Made by a program: the position numbers and the translations under genes
Part shown: one piece after another, positions 48,198-58,500 of the stretch
Layout of the letters: every line of letters starts with the position of its first letter
Position numbering within the stretch: position 1 is the stretch's first letter
Source of the DNA: Minisyncoccota bacterium
GTDB lineage: Bacteria > Patescibacteriota > Minisyncoccia > Phycocordibacterales > UBA9973
NCBI GenBank assembly: GCA_041663185.1
Contig: JBAZQY010000001.1
Coordinates: forward strand, 117,298 to 181,297
Reading direction: 5' to 3'
DNA: 64,000 nt
The notes under the pieces: model-generated
The model's database searches: none
Told to the model about the DNA's origin: nothing
What the model saw: only the letters and a program-made list of their open reading frames with translations

Positions 48198-48614
48198 TTA
48201 TCGAGCAACCACCCGAGTAGTAACTGGTAATTTTGTTCCGGCTTTTCTTAGTGCTTCTTTGGCTGTTACTTCTGGAACTCCATCGACTTCAAATATTATC
48301 CTCCCTGGTCGAATATCTAAACAATATCCTTGTGGGTCTCCTTTACCTTTTCCCATTCCAACCTCAGCTGGTTTTGCAGTAAAAGGTCTATCAGGGAAAA
48401 TTCGAATCCACATCCTGCCAGTCTTACCAAGAGTTCGGGAAGTAACTTTACGGGCTGATTCTATCTGATTTGAACGAATTCGTCCACCAGAAGTTGCTTT
48501 CAATCCAAATGCCCCAAATGAAATTGTTGTTCCACGTGTATCAGGAGTCACCTTTGTCATATCGGTGCGTCCTGTTTGCCATTTTCTAAATTTTACTTTT
48601 TTGGGTACTAACAT
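48198..48614 (-). CDS. rplP: 50S ribosomal protein L16
   Basis: [30 protein letters not shown]. Confidence 0.97.
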   Translation of the reverse strand: MLVPKKVKFRKWQTGRTDMTKVTPDTRGTTISFGAFGLKATSGGRIRSNQIESARKVTSRTLGKTGRMWIRIFPDRPFTAKPAEVGMGKGKGDPQGYCLDIRPGRIIFEVDGVPEVTAKEALRKAGTKLPVTTRVVAR

Positions 48615-48619
48615 AAAAA

Positions 48620-49315
48620 TTATTTATTAAACTTTTCATTTCTGCCCGAAGCAGATCCGACTTGATCAGAAAAAATTTCTCCACGATATATCCAAACTTT
48701 AATTCCAATATCTCCATAACTCATGTGAGCTTTCTCACGAGCAAAATCAACATCAGCACGGAATGTTTGAAGTGGAATTGAGCCACGCTTTATCTGCTCA
48801 CTGCGGGCAATCTCAGCCCCAGCCAAACGTCCACCCAAATATATACGAGCTCCTTTGACTCCACGAGCTGACATTACTTTCTCTATTGCTTGCTTCATAA
48901 CTCGGCGAAATGGAAGACGCTTCTCTAGTCCTTCAGCAATAGAACAAGCAACGATTGTGGCATCAGCATCTGGATTTGTAACTTCGACAATATCAAGCTT
49001 GAAATCTTCAGGAATAGCGACATCTTTTTTATTAAGAGCTTTCACTAATTCACTCTTTAATTTGTTTACCCCATCTCCTCCTCGGCCAATAATCATACCT
49101 GGACGTGAAGTGTGAATCATAATTTTTGTAGCTTTGGCATTACGCTCAATCTCAACTCGAGAAATATAAAAACCGCGAAGCTTCCTTGTTAGAAATTCAC
49201 GAATAACTACATCACTTTTTAAAAGAGTTTTGTATTTTTTATCAGCAAACCAACGTGATTTCCAATCGCGGAGAGTTACTAATCTATGAGCATATGGGTG
49301 AACAACTTTTGACAT
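48620..49315 (-). CDS. rpsC: 30S ribosomal protein S3
   Basis: VHP..RL, W.SRWFA, RPGMIIGRGG, GRLAGAEIAR, GIKVWI. Confidence 0.97.
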   Translation of the reverse strand: MSKVVHPYAHRLVTLRDWKSRWFADKKYKTLLKSDVVIREFLTRKLRGFYISRVEIERNAKATKIMIHTSRPGMIIGRGGDGVNKLKSELVKALNKKDVAIPEDFKLDIVEVTNPDADATIVACSIAEGLEKRLPFRRVMKQAIEKVMSARGVKGARIYLGGRLAGAEIARSEQIKRGSIPLQTFRADVDFAREKAHMSYGDIGIKVWIYRGEIFSDQVGSASGRNEKFNK

Positions 49316-49324
49316 ATATAAATA

Positions 49325-49735
49325 TTAATCTTTAGATTCTAATTTTTTAACTGGCTTTGTTTTCTTTCCTCGACCCGCCGTAACCTTGGCGGAGGTAGCC
49401 TTCTTGGCTAATACTTTTTCGATCAAAGTTAGCATAACATGACTGGTGCGTTTATTAATACGGGAAGCACTTCCACGAGCTCGTGGCATTGAACGCTTTA
49501 GAACAATCCCTTTATTAACTGTAACATTTTCAACAAAAAGGTCATCCTCTTTGATTCCAGCTTGTTTGGCATTTGAAATAGCTGAAGCAAGTAACTTCAT
49601 AACAGGTAGAGATGCTCTTTTAGGCAAAGTATCCAATATTAAAATTGCCTCAGCAACCCTTTTGCTTTTGATGAGTTCCGCTACAAGGCGAACCTTGCGG
49701 GGGGACTGTCTGTAATTTTTTAAAAATGCTTTCAT
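49325..49735 (-). CDS. rplV: 50S ribosomal protein L22
   Basis: RQSPRKVRLVA, SAISNA, PRARGSA, KRTSH. Confidence 0.96.
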   Translation of the reverse strand: MKAFLKNYRQSPRKVRLVAELIKSKRVAEAILILDTLPKRASLPVMKLLASAISNAKQAGIKEDDLFVENVTVNKGIVLKRSMPRARGSASRINKRTSHVMLTLIEKVLAKKATSAKVTAGRGKKTKPVKKLESKD

Positions 49736-49847
49736 TGTTGTGTATTTAACTATTTTTCTTCTATCTTGCTCGTTGAGACTATAACTAATTTTTTAAAAAT
49801 GCTTTCATGGCTGATTTTTAAGGAGTGAAGCGACTTTATAAATCGTC

Positions 49848-49981
49848 ACCCCGTGAAATAACATTTGCAAACTATTTTATAATTATTCTACCTTTTTAAT
49901 ATGCTTACCTCCATAATATTCCCTACCCTTGTGCCACCTTTTTGCAAATGTTCTTTTGTAAACAAAAGATTTCACAGGGGT
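49848..49981. repeat. CCCCGTGAAAT..ATTTCACAGGGG inverted-repeat element
   Basis: Terminal IR plus inner AACATTTGCAAA/TTTGCAAATGTT, between rpsS and rplV. Confidence 0.6.
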
Positions 49982-50018
49982 AAGGAAAATCATATTCGCT
50001 CTGCTCATTGATTTTCAC

Positions 50019-50360
50019 TTATTTCTTCGATTCGGTAGCAGCTTTGGCTGACTTGGCTGCGGATACTTCGGCTTCTTTTTTCTTCATCTCAAGTTCTTTC
50101 TGCATTTTACCTCCGTGTCTGACGAACTTGCGGGTTAGTGAGAATTCTCCCAATCTGTGCCCAACCATATCTTCACTTATTAAAACTTCAACATGGGTTT
50201 TACCATTATGAACACCAAAAACAAATCCTACCATTTCTGGAGAAATCTGACATGCTCGTGACCAGGTTTTAATCATCCCTGTTTCTAGGGGCTTTTTCCC
50301 AGCTATCTTTTTCAAAAGACGAGCATCGACGTATGGACCTTTTTTGAGTGATCTTGTCAT
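50019..50360 (-). CDS. rpsS: 30S ribosomal protein S19
   Basis: [28 protein letters not shown]. Confidence 0.97.
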   Translation of the reverse strand: MTRSLKKGPYVDARLLKKIAGKKPLETGMIKTWSRACQISPEMVGFVFGVHNGKTHVEVLISEDMVGHRLGEFSLTRKFVRHGGKMQKELEMKKKEAEVSAAKSAKAATESKK

Positions 50361-50478
50361 CCCGTTAGAGATAGGAAGTCCTTAGACTTCCGTGTATTGT
50401 TAAGTATGGTTGATAATATAAAACTTATATTTGATTATTAACTCCGTGAGAATATAACATGCATATCTCTAACGGGAT
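50359..50478. repeat. MITE-like element with 15-bp perfect IR overlapping the rpsS start
   Basis: ATCCCGTTAGAGATA..TATCTCTAACGGGAT; contains GGAAGTC-CTTA-GACTTCC. Confidence 0.65.
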
Positions 50479-50548
50479 CATAACAATATAAATAAGCTCA
50501 ACTGAGCTCGTTCGTCCATACTATCAAATATAAATATAAAGTCAATGT

Positions 50549-50941
50549 TTATAAAAATCCAATTATTTTGGGTAAAAAAATTATAAGCCCTATAAAAGCA
50601 GCTGTAGCGGCAGAAATTAAAACCGCTCCTGACGCAACATCTTTTGTATCGCGAGCATACGGATGATAATTGGGGCTTGTTAGATCAATATCAATTTCAA
50701 TAGCGGTATTAAGCGCTTCGGTTATTAATACAAGCCCAATAGCTAAAATGAGAAAAAGCCATTCTATAAGTGACACTTTTAATATAAAACCAAATAAGAT
50801 AACAAATATGGTAATGATGAGATGGACCCACAAGTTATGAGTACTTTTTACCAATATACCAATTCCACGAAATGCATGATTAAAACTTTTAGCACGAGCC
50901 ACAATTGAAAATCTTTTTTTCTCTGATAGTTTTTGTTCCAT
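50549..50941 (-). CDS. dgkA: Diacylglycerol/undecaprenol kinase family protein
   Basis: SF.HAF.GI, EALNTAIE, KDVASGAVL. Confidence 0.88.
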   Translation of the reverse strand: MEQKLSEKKRFSIVARAKSFNHAFRGIGILVKSTHNLWVHLIITIFVILFGFILKVSLIEWLFLILAIGLVLITEALNTAIEIDIDLTSPNYHPYARDTKDVASGAVLISAATAAFIGLIIFLPKIIGFL

Positions 50942-50976
50942 TTTCTTATTATACATCAAAAAATGGTTCCCTGTAT

Positions 50977-51018
50977 ATGTGTAACACTTGCAGACGGCCG
51001 TCTGCAAGTGTTACACAT
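50977..51018. repeat. Perfect 42-bp palindrome (solo copy of the PaaX/Cas2-flank motif)
   Basis: ATGTGTAACACTTGCAGACGG|CCGTCTGCAAGTGTTACACAT. Confidence 0.85.
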
Positions 51019-51077
51019 TAGATTTTATCTATATTAATAAAAAACAAAACCACCCAAATATCGGGTGGTTTTGTTTT

Positions 51078-51929
51078 TTATTTTGCGTTTTTGTTTTTAC
51101 CTACTTTTCTACGAGTGACAATCCACATATTTGAATATTTCTTTGGTGTTCGTGTCTTCTGTCCTTTACCAGTTGGTTTACCCCACATACTTTTCGCTCG
51201 TCTGATTCCACGGCCTTGTCGTCCTTCACCTCCACCGTGTGGATGATCAACTGGGTTCATGGCAGTTCCACGGACAGTTGGTCTTATTCCCTTCCAGCGA
51301 CTTCGTCCTGCTTTACCAAAATTTTGAAGTTTATATTCACTATTTGAAACTTCACCAATACAAGCATAACAATTTTCAGAAACTTTTCGTATTTCAGTAG
51401 AAGGCATTTTAATGTTTGTATATCCAAGGTCGTTTGCCACTACCTGCCCAAAAACTCCAGCAGAACGTGCGAGCTTGGCCCCATTGCCTGGTTTAATTTC
51501 TATATTATAAACAAATGTTCCGATTGGAATGATTTTAAGAGGTAATCTGTTTCCAACTGAAAGTGAAGCTTTATCTCCTATTATAAAACTATCTCCGACT
51601 TTCATTGATTTAGGAACTACAACATATCTCTTTTCTCCGTCAGCGTAACAAACCAAACTTATGAACGCATTGCGATTTGGGTCGTATTCAATTGAGGTTA
51701 TCTTGGCAGGAATATCACGCTTGTTGTACATAAAATCAATCTCGCGATAGAGACGTTTATGTCCACCTCCTTTATGGCGAGTTGTGATGCGTCCTTGATT
51801 ATTTCTTCCAACCGAACGTTTGAAGCCACGAGTTAAAGATTTTTCAGGGCTTCCCTTGGTTAACACACCACGGTATGAAACTGTAGTGTGGTGACGTTTT
51901 GATGGAGTTGTAGGTCTATATGTTTTCAT
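51078..51929 (-). CDS. rplB: 50S ribosomal protein L2
   Basis: GRNNQGRITTRHKGGG, IEYDPNR, RGTAMNPVDHPHGGGEG. Confidence 0.98.
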   Translation of the reverse strand: MKTYRPTTPSKRHHTTVSYRGVLTKGSPEKSLTRGFKRSVGRNNQGRITTRHKGGGHKRLYREIDFMYNKRDIPAKITSIEYDPNRNAFISLVCYADGEKRYVVVPKSMKVGDSFIIGDKASLSVGNRLPLKIIPIGTFVYNIEIKPGNGAKLARSAGVFGQVVANDLGYTNIKMPSTEIRKVSENCYACIGEVSNSEYKLQNFGKAGRSRWKGIRPTVRGTAMNPVDHPHGGGEGRQGRGIRRAKSMWGKPTGKGQKTRTPKKYSNMWIVTRRKVGKNKNAK

Positions 51930-51931
51930 AA

Positions 51932-52264
51932 CTATGTAAATATTATTTTATCTCCCTTTTTCAAATGAACGACCGCTTTTTTCCCTCCTTGTTTTACACT
52001 TACAATTCCACGGCGAGTAACCGTCTTTTTTGCAATCTGAGTCATTGAAACTCTTACTGGCATCACGTTGTAAACTAATTTAATAGCTTTTTTAATTTCA
52101 TTTTTATTAGCATTCGAAGAGACATTGAAAGTATAAACGCCGCGCTCAGCTAGAATTGCTGACTTTTCTGTTACTCGAGCTCCTTTTAGAAGTGGGTGAG
52201 TTTTCTCTTTTTTATTATCCACGACTTCGTCTTTTTTATTCTTTTTTGTTTTTTTTGTGTCCAT
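51932..52264 (-). CDS. rplW: 50S ribosomal protein L23
   Basis: VTEKS, YTFNV..ANKNEIKKAI, KKAVVHLKKG. Confidence 0.93.
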   Translation of the reverse strand: MDTKKTKKNKKDEVVDNKKEKTHPLLKGARVTEKSAILAERGVYTFNVSSNANKNEIKKAIKLVYNVMPVRVSMTQIAKKTVTRRGIVSVKQGGKKAVVHLKKGDKIIFT

Positions 52265-52276
52265 ATTTTTTTCTTA

Positions 52277-53062
52277 CTACTTACTACTTACTACTTTTTC
52301 AATCTTCCCACCCAAAAAAGCAATGCTTTCCTTGGGTTGTGAAATTATAATGTATCGGAATGCGAGTAAATCAACAGGATTAATATTGCGAATTTCATCT
52401 ATCTCAACTGTTTTTATATTTGCAAAACTTTTCTTAATAGTATCTGTTTTTGCAGGAATTGTGATGTAGGTATTTGGATTTTTCCCTCCAACCATCCTCT
52501 CAAAACCCTTGATGGTACTCAATTCCTTGATAACATTTACAGCATCTTTTGTTTTGATATTTTTCAAAGTTAGTTCTTCTAAGAAAAGAACTTGCCCTTT
52601 TCGAAACTTTTCTGACAAAACACTAAAGAGCGCTCCGACTTTCATTTTTTTGTTTATTTTTTGTTCATAGCTCTTCTCATTTCGTGGACCATGAGTTACA
52701 CCTCCACCTTTCCAGATAGGAGAACGTGTCGACCCATGACGAGCACGTCCAGTTCCTTTTTGACGCCATGGTTTTTTACCTCCCCCACGAACCTCTCCGC
52801 GTGTTCTTGTGTGTGCAACTGGAGTTCGAGCATTTGCTTGCATCGCAGTCACAACTTGGTGAACCAAGTCACCATTCCATTTAAGTCCAAAAATTGATTC
52901 AGGAAGAGAAAGCTTCCCGACAGATTTTCCTTTTTGGTTGTAAACTTCTGTCTCTATCCCGGCAGGAATTGCTTTTGGGGCTTTTTCTTTGGGTGTTGCT
53001 GTGGTCTTTTTTGTCGCCGTCACTGTAGTTTTATTCTTTTTTTGTGTGTTATCTTTTTCCAT
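52277..53062 (-). CDS. rplD: 50S ribosomal protein L4
   Basis: TRGEVRGGGKKPWRQKGTGRARHGS.RSP.W.GGG; likely start at ATG 53062. Confidence 0.96.
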   Translation of the reverse strand: MEKDNTQKKNKTTVTATKKTTATPKEKAPKAIPAGIETEVYNQKGKSVGKLSLPESIFGLKWNGDLVHQVVTAMQANARTPVAHTRTRGEVRGGGKKPWRQKGTGRARHGSTRSPIWKGGGVTHGPRNEKSYEQKINKKMKVGALFSVLSEKFRKGQVLFLEELTLKNIKTKDAVNVIKELSTIKGFERMVGGKNPNTYITIPAKTDTIKKSFANIKTVEIDEIRNINPVDLLAFRYIIISQPKESIAFLGGKIEKVVSSK

Positions 53063-53104
53063 AAAATTTAGCCCTATACGTAGTCGGGCGATCAATATAT
53101 TGAT

Positions 53105-53725
53105 TTAGCCGATAATTTCTACAAGCGTTCCGCGACGACCTGGAATCGCACCTTTAATAATTAATTCATTATTTTCTGTATCAACACCAATAACTTCTAA
53201 ATTTTTGATTGTAATACGATCACCACCCATACGGCCGGCCATGCGCATTCCCTTTGGAACTTTATTACGAAGACCTCCTCCAATCGAACCTGGTTCACGT
53301 TCAGAATGTTTTTGGCCGTGACTTCGTGGCCCTCCATGGAATCCGTGACGTTTAACAACACCCTGAAAACCTTTACTTTTTGAAATACCTGAAACGGTTA
53401 TCACATCTCCTGTATTGAAAACTGAAACTGTTATTTTGTCTCCCTCTTTTATATCTTCAATATCACGGAATTCACGAAGATGTTTATAAGCTCCCCCCTC
53501 CTTTTCAGTTTGTGATGCTAAAACGTGGCCAAGGTGTGCCTTTGTTGCTCGGTTTGTTTTTTGTTCATCATACGCAACTTGAACTGCTGTATATCCATCT
53601 ACGTCAGGACTTTTTACTTGTGTCACAACAAGAGGACCAGCGGAAATTACTGTTGCGGGAACTGCGGTACCATCTTCTAGAAAGCACTGCATCATATGCT
53701 GTTTTTTACCAAGAATGAATTTCAT
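53105..53725 (-). CDS. rplC: 50S ribosomal protein L3
   Basis: DGYTAVQ, SKGFQGVVKRHGF, PGSIG, MAGRMG, KGAIPG. Confidence 0.97.
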   Translation of the reverse strand: MKFILGKKQHMMQCFLEDGTAVPATVISAGPLVVTQVKSPDVDGYTAVQVAYDEQKTNRATKAHLGHVLASQTEKEGGAYKHLREFRDIEDIKEGDKITVSVFNTGDVITVSGISKSKGFQGVVKRHGFHGGPRSHGQKHSEREPGSIGGGLRNKVPKGMRMAGRMGGDRITIKNLEVIGVDTENNELIIKGAIPGRRGTLVEIIG

Positions 53726-53729
53726 AAAT

Positions 53730-54083
53730 TTACATCATTTTCACATCAATATCGACACCGGATGGCAGAGATAGATTTGTGAGTGCTTCGATAGTTTTTG
53801 GATTTGGATTCAAAATATCGATAACACGTTTATGGATTCTTATTTCAAATTGTTCTCGAGCATTTTTAAACACAAACGATGCTCGGTTTACTGTATACTT
53901 TTTTATTTCTGTTGGAAGTGGAATTGGCCCAACGATTTTTGCATCATAGCGAAGAGCGGTATCAATAATCTGCTTGACGGATGCGTCAAGAATCTTATTC
54001 TCGTAAGCTCTTACTCGAATACGAAGTTGGACAACGACATCCTCCTTTCCTTTTTTTGATTTAACCACTTTCTTTGTTGTCAT
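53730..54083 (-). CDS. rpsJ: 30S ribosomal protein S10
   Basis: RIRVRAY, GPIPLPT, AREQFE.R.HKR, LPSGVDI. Confidence 0.97.
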   Translation of the reverse strand: MTTKKVVKSKKGKEDVVVQLRIRVRAYENKILDASVKQIIDTALRYDAKIVGPIPLPTEIKKYTVNRASFVFKNAREQFEIRIHKRVIDILNPNPKTIEALTNLSLPSGVDIDVKMM

Positions 54084-54116
54084 AGTTTGTAATTAAAAGA
54101 ACGGAATAAATTTACC

Positions 54117-55316
54117 TTACTTGATGATTTTTGTTACAACTCCTGCACCGACGGTCTTTCCTCCTTCACGGATTGCAAAGTGCATTTGATCTTCAAGAGC
54201 AACTGGAGTAACAAGTTTAACAGTAAGTTTGACTGTGTCTCCTGGCATAACCATTTCTACTCCAGCAGGTAGTGCAGCTTCTCCGGTCACATCTGTCGTA
54301 CGAATGTAGAATTGAGGTTTGTATCCAGTAAAGAATGGAGTATGACGTCCACCTTCTTCTTTTTTCAAAATGTAAACTTCACACTCAAACTCTGAGTGAG
54401 GAGTCACAGTTCCTGGCTTTACAAGAACTTGTCCACGAGTGACATCTTCTTTCTTAATACCACGGATAAGGATTCCAGCGTTGTCGCCGGCCATACCTTC
54501 TTTCAAGTTTTTATTAAACATTTCAATGCCAGTGACTGTTGTTTTTGCTGTGTCCTTAATACCAACAATTTCTACGTCTTCACCAACTTTCACAATTCCA
54601 CGTTCGATCTTACCAGTCACGACTGTTCCACGACCTTCAATAGAGAAGATGTCTTCAATCGGCATTAAGAATGGCTTTGTAATATCGCGTTCTGGAACTG
54701 GAATATAAGTATCAAGAGCATTCACTAGGTCAAGAATTCCTTTTGCATATGGGTCATCATTACTTGTAGATTCAAGTGCCTTGAGAGCTGATCCACGAAT
54801 AACTGGAGCATTTGCACCATCGAAACCTTGCTTAGTAAGAAGTTCACGAACTTCTTCTTCCACCAAATCAAGCATGTCGGCATCATCTACCATGTCACAC
54901 TTGTTTAGGAAAACAATAATTTTAGGAACGTTCACTTGCTTTGCAAGCAAGATGTGCTCACGTGTTTGTGGCATCACTCCATCTGTCGCTGCAACAACGA
55001 TAACTGCACCGTCCATTTGGGCAGCACCAGTAATCATGTTCTTAATATAGTCAGCGTGTCCTGGAGCATCGATGTGCGCATAGTGACGTGTTGGTGTCCA
55101 GTATTCATTGTGAGAAAGAGCGATCGTGATACCACGAGCTTTTTCTTCTGGAGCTGAGTCGATTTGATCAACTCCCTTAATCTTAGCTCCATATTCACCT
55201 CCTTGACGAGCCAAAATACTTAAAATAGCCGCGGTCAATGTAGTTTTCCCGTGGTCAACGTGACCAATAGTTCCCACATTTACGTGTGGCTTGTCTCTGT
55301 TAAATTCTTCTGCCAT
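54117..55316 (-). CDS. tuf: Elongation factor Tu
   Basis: [47 protein letters not shown]. Confidence 0.99.
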   Translation of the reverse strand: MAEEFNRDKPHVNVGTIGHVDHGKTTLTAAILSILARQGGEYGAKIKGVDQIDSAPEEKARGITIALSHNEYWTPTRHYAHIDAPGHADYIKNMITGAAQMDGAVIVVAATDGVMPQTREHILLAKQVNVPKIIVFLNKCDMVDDADMLDLVEEEVRELLTKQGFDGANAPVIRGSALKALESTSNDDPYAKGILDLVNALDTYIPVPERDITKPFLMPIEDIFSIEGRGTVVTGKIERGIVKVGEDVEIVGIKDTAKTTVTGIEMFNKNLKEGMAGDNAGILIRGIKKEDVTRGQVLVKPGTVTPHSEFECEVYILKKEEGGRHTPFFTGYKPQFYIRTTDVTGEAALPAGVEMVMPGDTVKLTVKLVTPVALEDQMHFAIREGGKTVGAGVVTKIIK

Positions 55317-55510
55317 ATATTTTTTTATTGGTTGATAAAAAGAATAAAATATACGAGAACCTTACTTTATTCAAACTATCAACATAAATTATTAATAATA
55401 TTTACCTCGCCTCAAAGCGAGGTTACCGCCTCTAGGCGATAATTGATGACTCTCATACTAGCAAATCTAAAAATAAAGTCAACACTGCAAAAATTTAGAT
55501 TGACAATGGG

Positions 55511-55545
55511 CACAAAAAATCCCCTCGCGAGGGGATTTTTTGTGC
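55511..55545. terminator. Intrinsic terminator after giant surface protein
   Basis: CACAAAAAATCCCCTCGCGAGGGGATTTTTTGTG. Confidence 0.7.
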
Positions 55546-55553
55546 TACTTATT

Positions 55554-58500
55554 TTAGTTCTCAATTATTATTGGATTAATAACTGTGATTTTTTGAGTAT
55601 CCTGAGCCTGAGCTAATGATCCTCCATCTGTACAAGTAATCGTATAAGTCGTCGTTGTTAATGGGAAAACTGTCGTACTTCCAGAAGTTGCTCCACCGGT
55701 TTCAAATACATCACCAGTACAAGATGTTGCTCCGGTTGAAGTCCAGACAAGATCTGATGATTTACCTTTGAAGATAATTGGCTTAGTTGCCGAAAGATCG
55801 ACAGTCACCGCTCCTCCACCACCAGAACATGCTTGTGTATTACATATTTGAGTCATTTCAGCTGGAGGAGGACAATCTGCTCCTCCATTTTGAGGTACTG
55901 GATTTGTACATGTTCTTATACATGTTTGAGTGCCTCCACCACAAGGAACACTACAAGCACTCCAATCTCCTGCACCACAAATACTCCAACCACCATCAAT
56001 TGGTATCACTGCACATTTTGCTCCATCCCAATCTGTCCCCAAAACACACGCTGTAGTTACATTCGTTTGTGCTAATAGAATCTCACTATTATAAAGGAAG
56101 AAATTAACACCCAAATCATTATGAGGTACAGTAAATGATTGAGAACCATTATTTCCATTGACTGGACTTGGAATACCTGTAGGACTAGTAACGGCAGATG
56201 TCCCAATAGGGTTTATCGTTGTCCAGGTTAGAGTTTGAGTACAGCTAGTACCATTCAAAGGAATAAAACAAGTAGGGTTAAAAGGCAGAAGTGTTCCAGA
56301 CATATCATTACTTACTGTTATTGTCGTCCACTCACCACTACAATTGTTTAATTCATTTGATTCTGGAATATCTCCAGTATCTATTTGTGAACTCTTGTCA
56401 GCACACACTCGCATATAATATGTCCCCACATTAAATGTAAATGCTCGCGAAGTAGTAGCTGATGCTCCTTGAGCAAGAGCATTCATTTCGGGAATAACTG
56501 GATAATCTGTCACTATTCCATTGCCATTAGGTAATGTTGATAATTGAAATAGATTAGTAAATTTATTCACAGTTGAAGCATTACCTTGATTAGTAATAGT
56601 TGAAGAAAATAATGTAGATACCCCAGGAGATACTGTTGTAGGAGTAGGAGAAGAGGCGATCAGGTCTGGTCCTGACATAGTTCCAGGGACTGTAATCATT
56701 GTCCATTCTCCACAGTTATTACTTTCGCTTGATTCCCCTACAACCCCATAATTAGATGCTGAGTCTTTATCGGCACATACACGCATATAATATATTCCTG
56801 CTTGAGTGAATTTATAATTTTTAGTCAAGACACGTGTCTCTCCACTTGCAAGTGCAATTGTCGCAATTACCCCTACGTCATCAGGGGCATTAAATCCACT
56901 TGGACTATTAGTCATTTGAACTAAGTTTTTAAAACCTATAACTGTTCCTGCTGTTCCAATATTTGATATCGTCACACTAAATGGAGTGTCAACTCCAACT
57001 AGCGCTGTTGTTGGTGTAATAGACGAAGTAATAAGATCAGGTAATGAACCCCCTACCGTGATAGATGTCCAGCCACTACAATTATTTCCTTCATTTGATT
57101 CAATTGTAATAGTTCCAGGATTATTAGGAGGCATGTCTGCACAAGCCTGGATGTCATAGGTTCCTGCTAGAGAGAAAGTAATAGCACGTGATGTAACAGC
57201 TGTTGCTCCTGGACCAAGAGGTGACATTGGAGCACCTAAAACTGGGTAATCAACTACTACTCCAATACTATTTCTTGTCTGAAATTTATTTGCAAAACTT
57301 CCTCCAGTTGAAGCAATACCCCGATTTGTAATAGTTGAATAAAACGTTGTGGAAACTCCTGTTTGGGCGACAGTTGGAATAGGCGTAGAGGCAATAAGAT
57401 CTGGTTGTCCTCCAAATAACGCAACGGTAATGGCAGTCCAAGGACTACAATTATTATTTTCATTATATTCGTTAGTAATAGTTCCAGGATTATCTGGTGG
57501 AAGGTCAGCACATACTCGCATATAATATGTACCAGCAGTATTAAATGTAATTGATTTTGAAGTAGGAGTTGAAGATCCCGGACCAAGAGCAGACATTAGG
57601 GGACTTACATTCACCGGATAATTAATCAAACCAAGAGGATTATTGTCACCATCAAATCCCGTTGCTGTCTGGAACAAATTACTAAATCCCGAACCAGTAG
57701 ATCCACCACCTTGATTAGTAATAGTTGATGAATAAGTTTTTGCTATATTAGGAAGCGCCATTGTTGGAGAGGGAGCAGAAGCAACAAGATCTGGAGGACC
57801 AACTGGAGAAGTTACTGTGATCATTATCCATGGACTACTACAATTATTTCCTTCATTTGATTCTGGCTCTGAGCCATTCATTGACATATTTTTATCAGCA
57901 CAAACACGCATATAATATGCCCCGGCTGAAAAGTTAATAGATCTTTGGGTAGTTGTTGATGCTCCTGAAGCAAGAATTGATGTTGAAGAAGTCACATAAT
58001 TTACTACTCCTTCAGGACCATTATCACCAATACTTGTAGCTGTTTGAAATACATTTGTAAAAGTTGACAAAGTAGAAGCATTCCCTTGATTAGTGATGGT
58101 TGAATAAAACGTCGTGGTTCCTGGGCTTGCAGTTGTAGGAGTGGGAGTTGAAGCAATCAAATCTGGTAATGAACCAGATGCGACTGTGATTGTTGTCCAA
58201 CTACTACAATTATTTCCTTCGTCTGATTCATTATCAATAGTTCCAGGACTAACAGGAGGGAGATCGGCACAGACTCGCATACCATATTCTCCTGCTGTAT
58301 TAAATTTTATTGATTTTGAGGTTGCATTCGATTCTCCTCCAAGCAAGATATCCATATTAGGAGAAACGGCATAATCTGTTATAGTTCCTTCTCCGTTTGG
58401 TAATGTTGAAGTCTGGAATTTATTTGCAAATGATCTCTCAGTTGAGCCTTGTCCCTGGTTAGTAATCACAGCTGAGAAAGTTTTATACACTCCCGGAACA

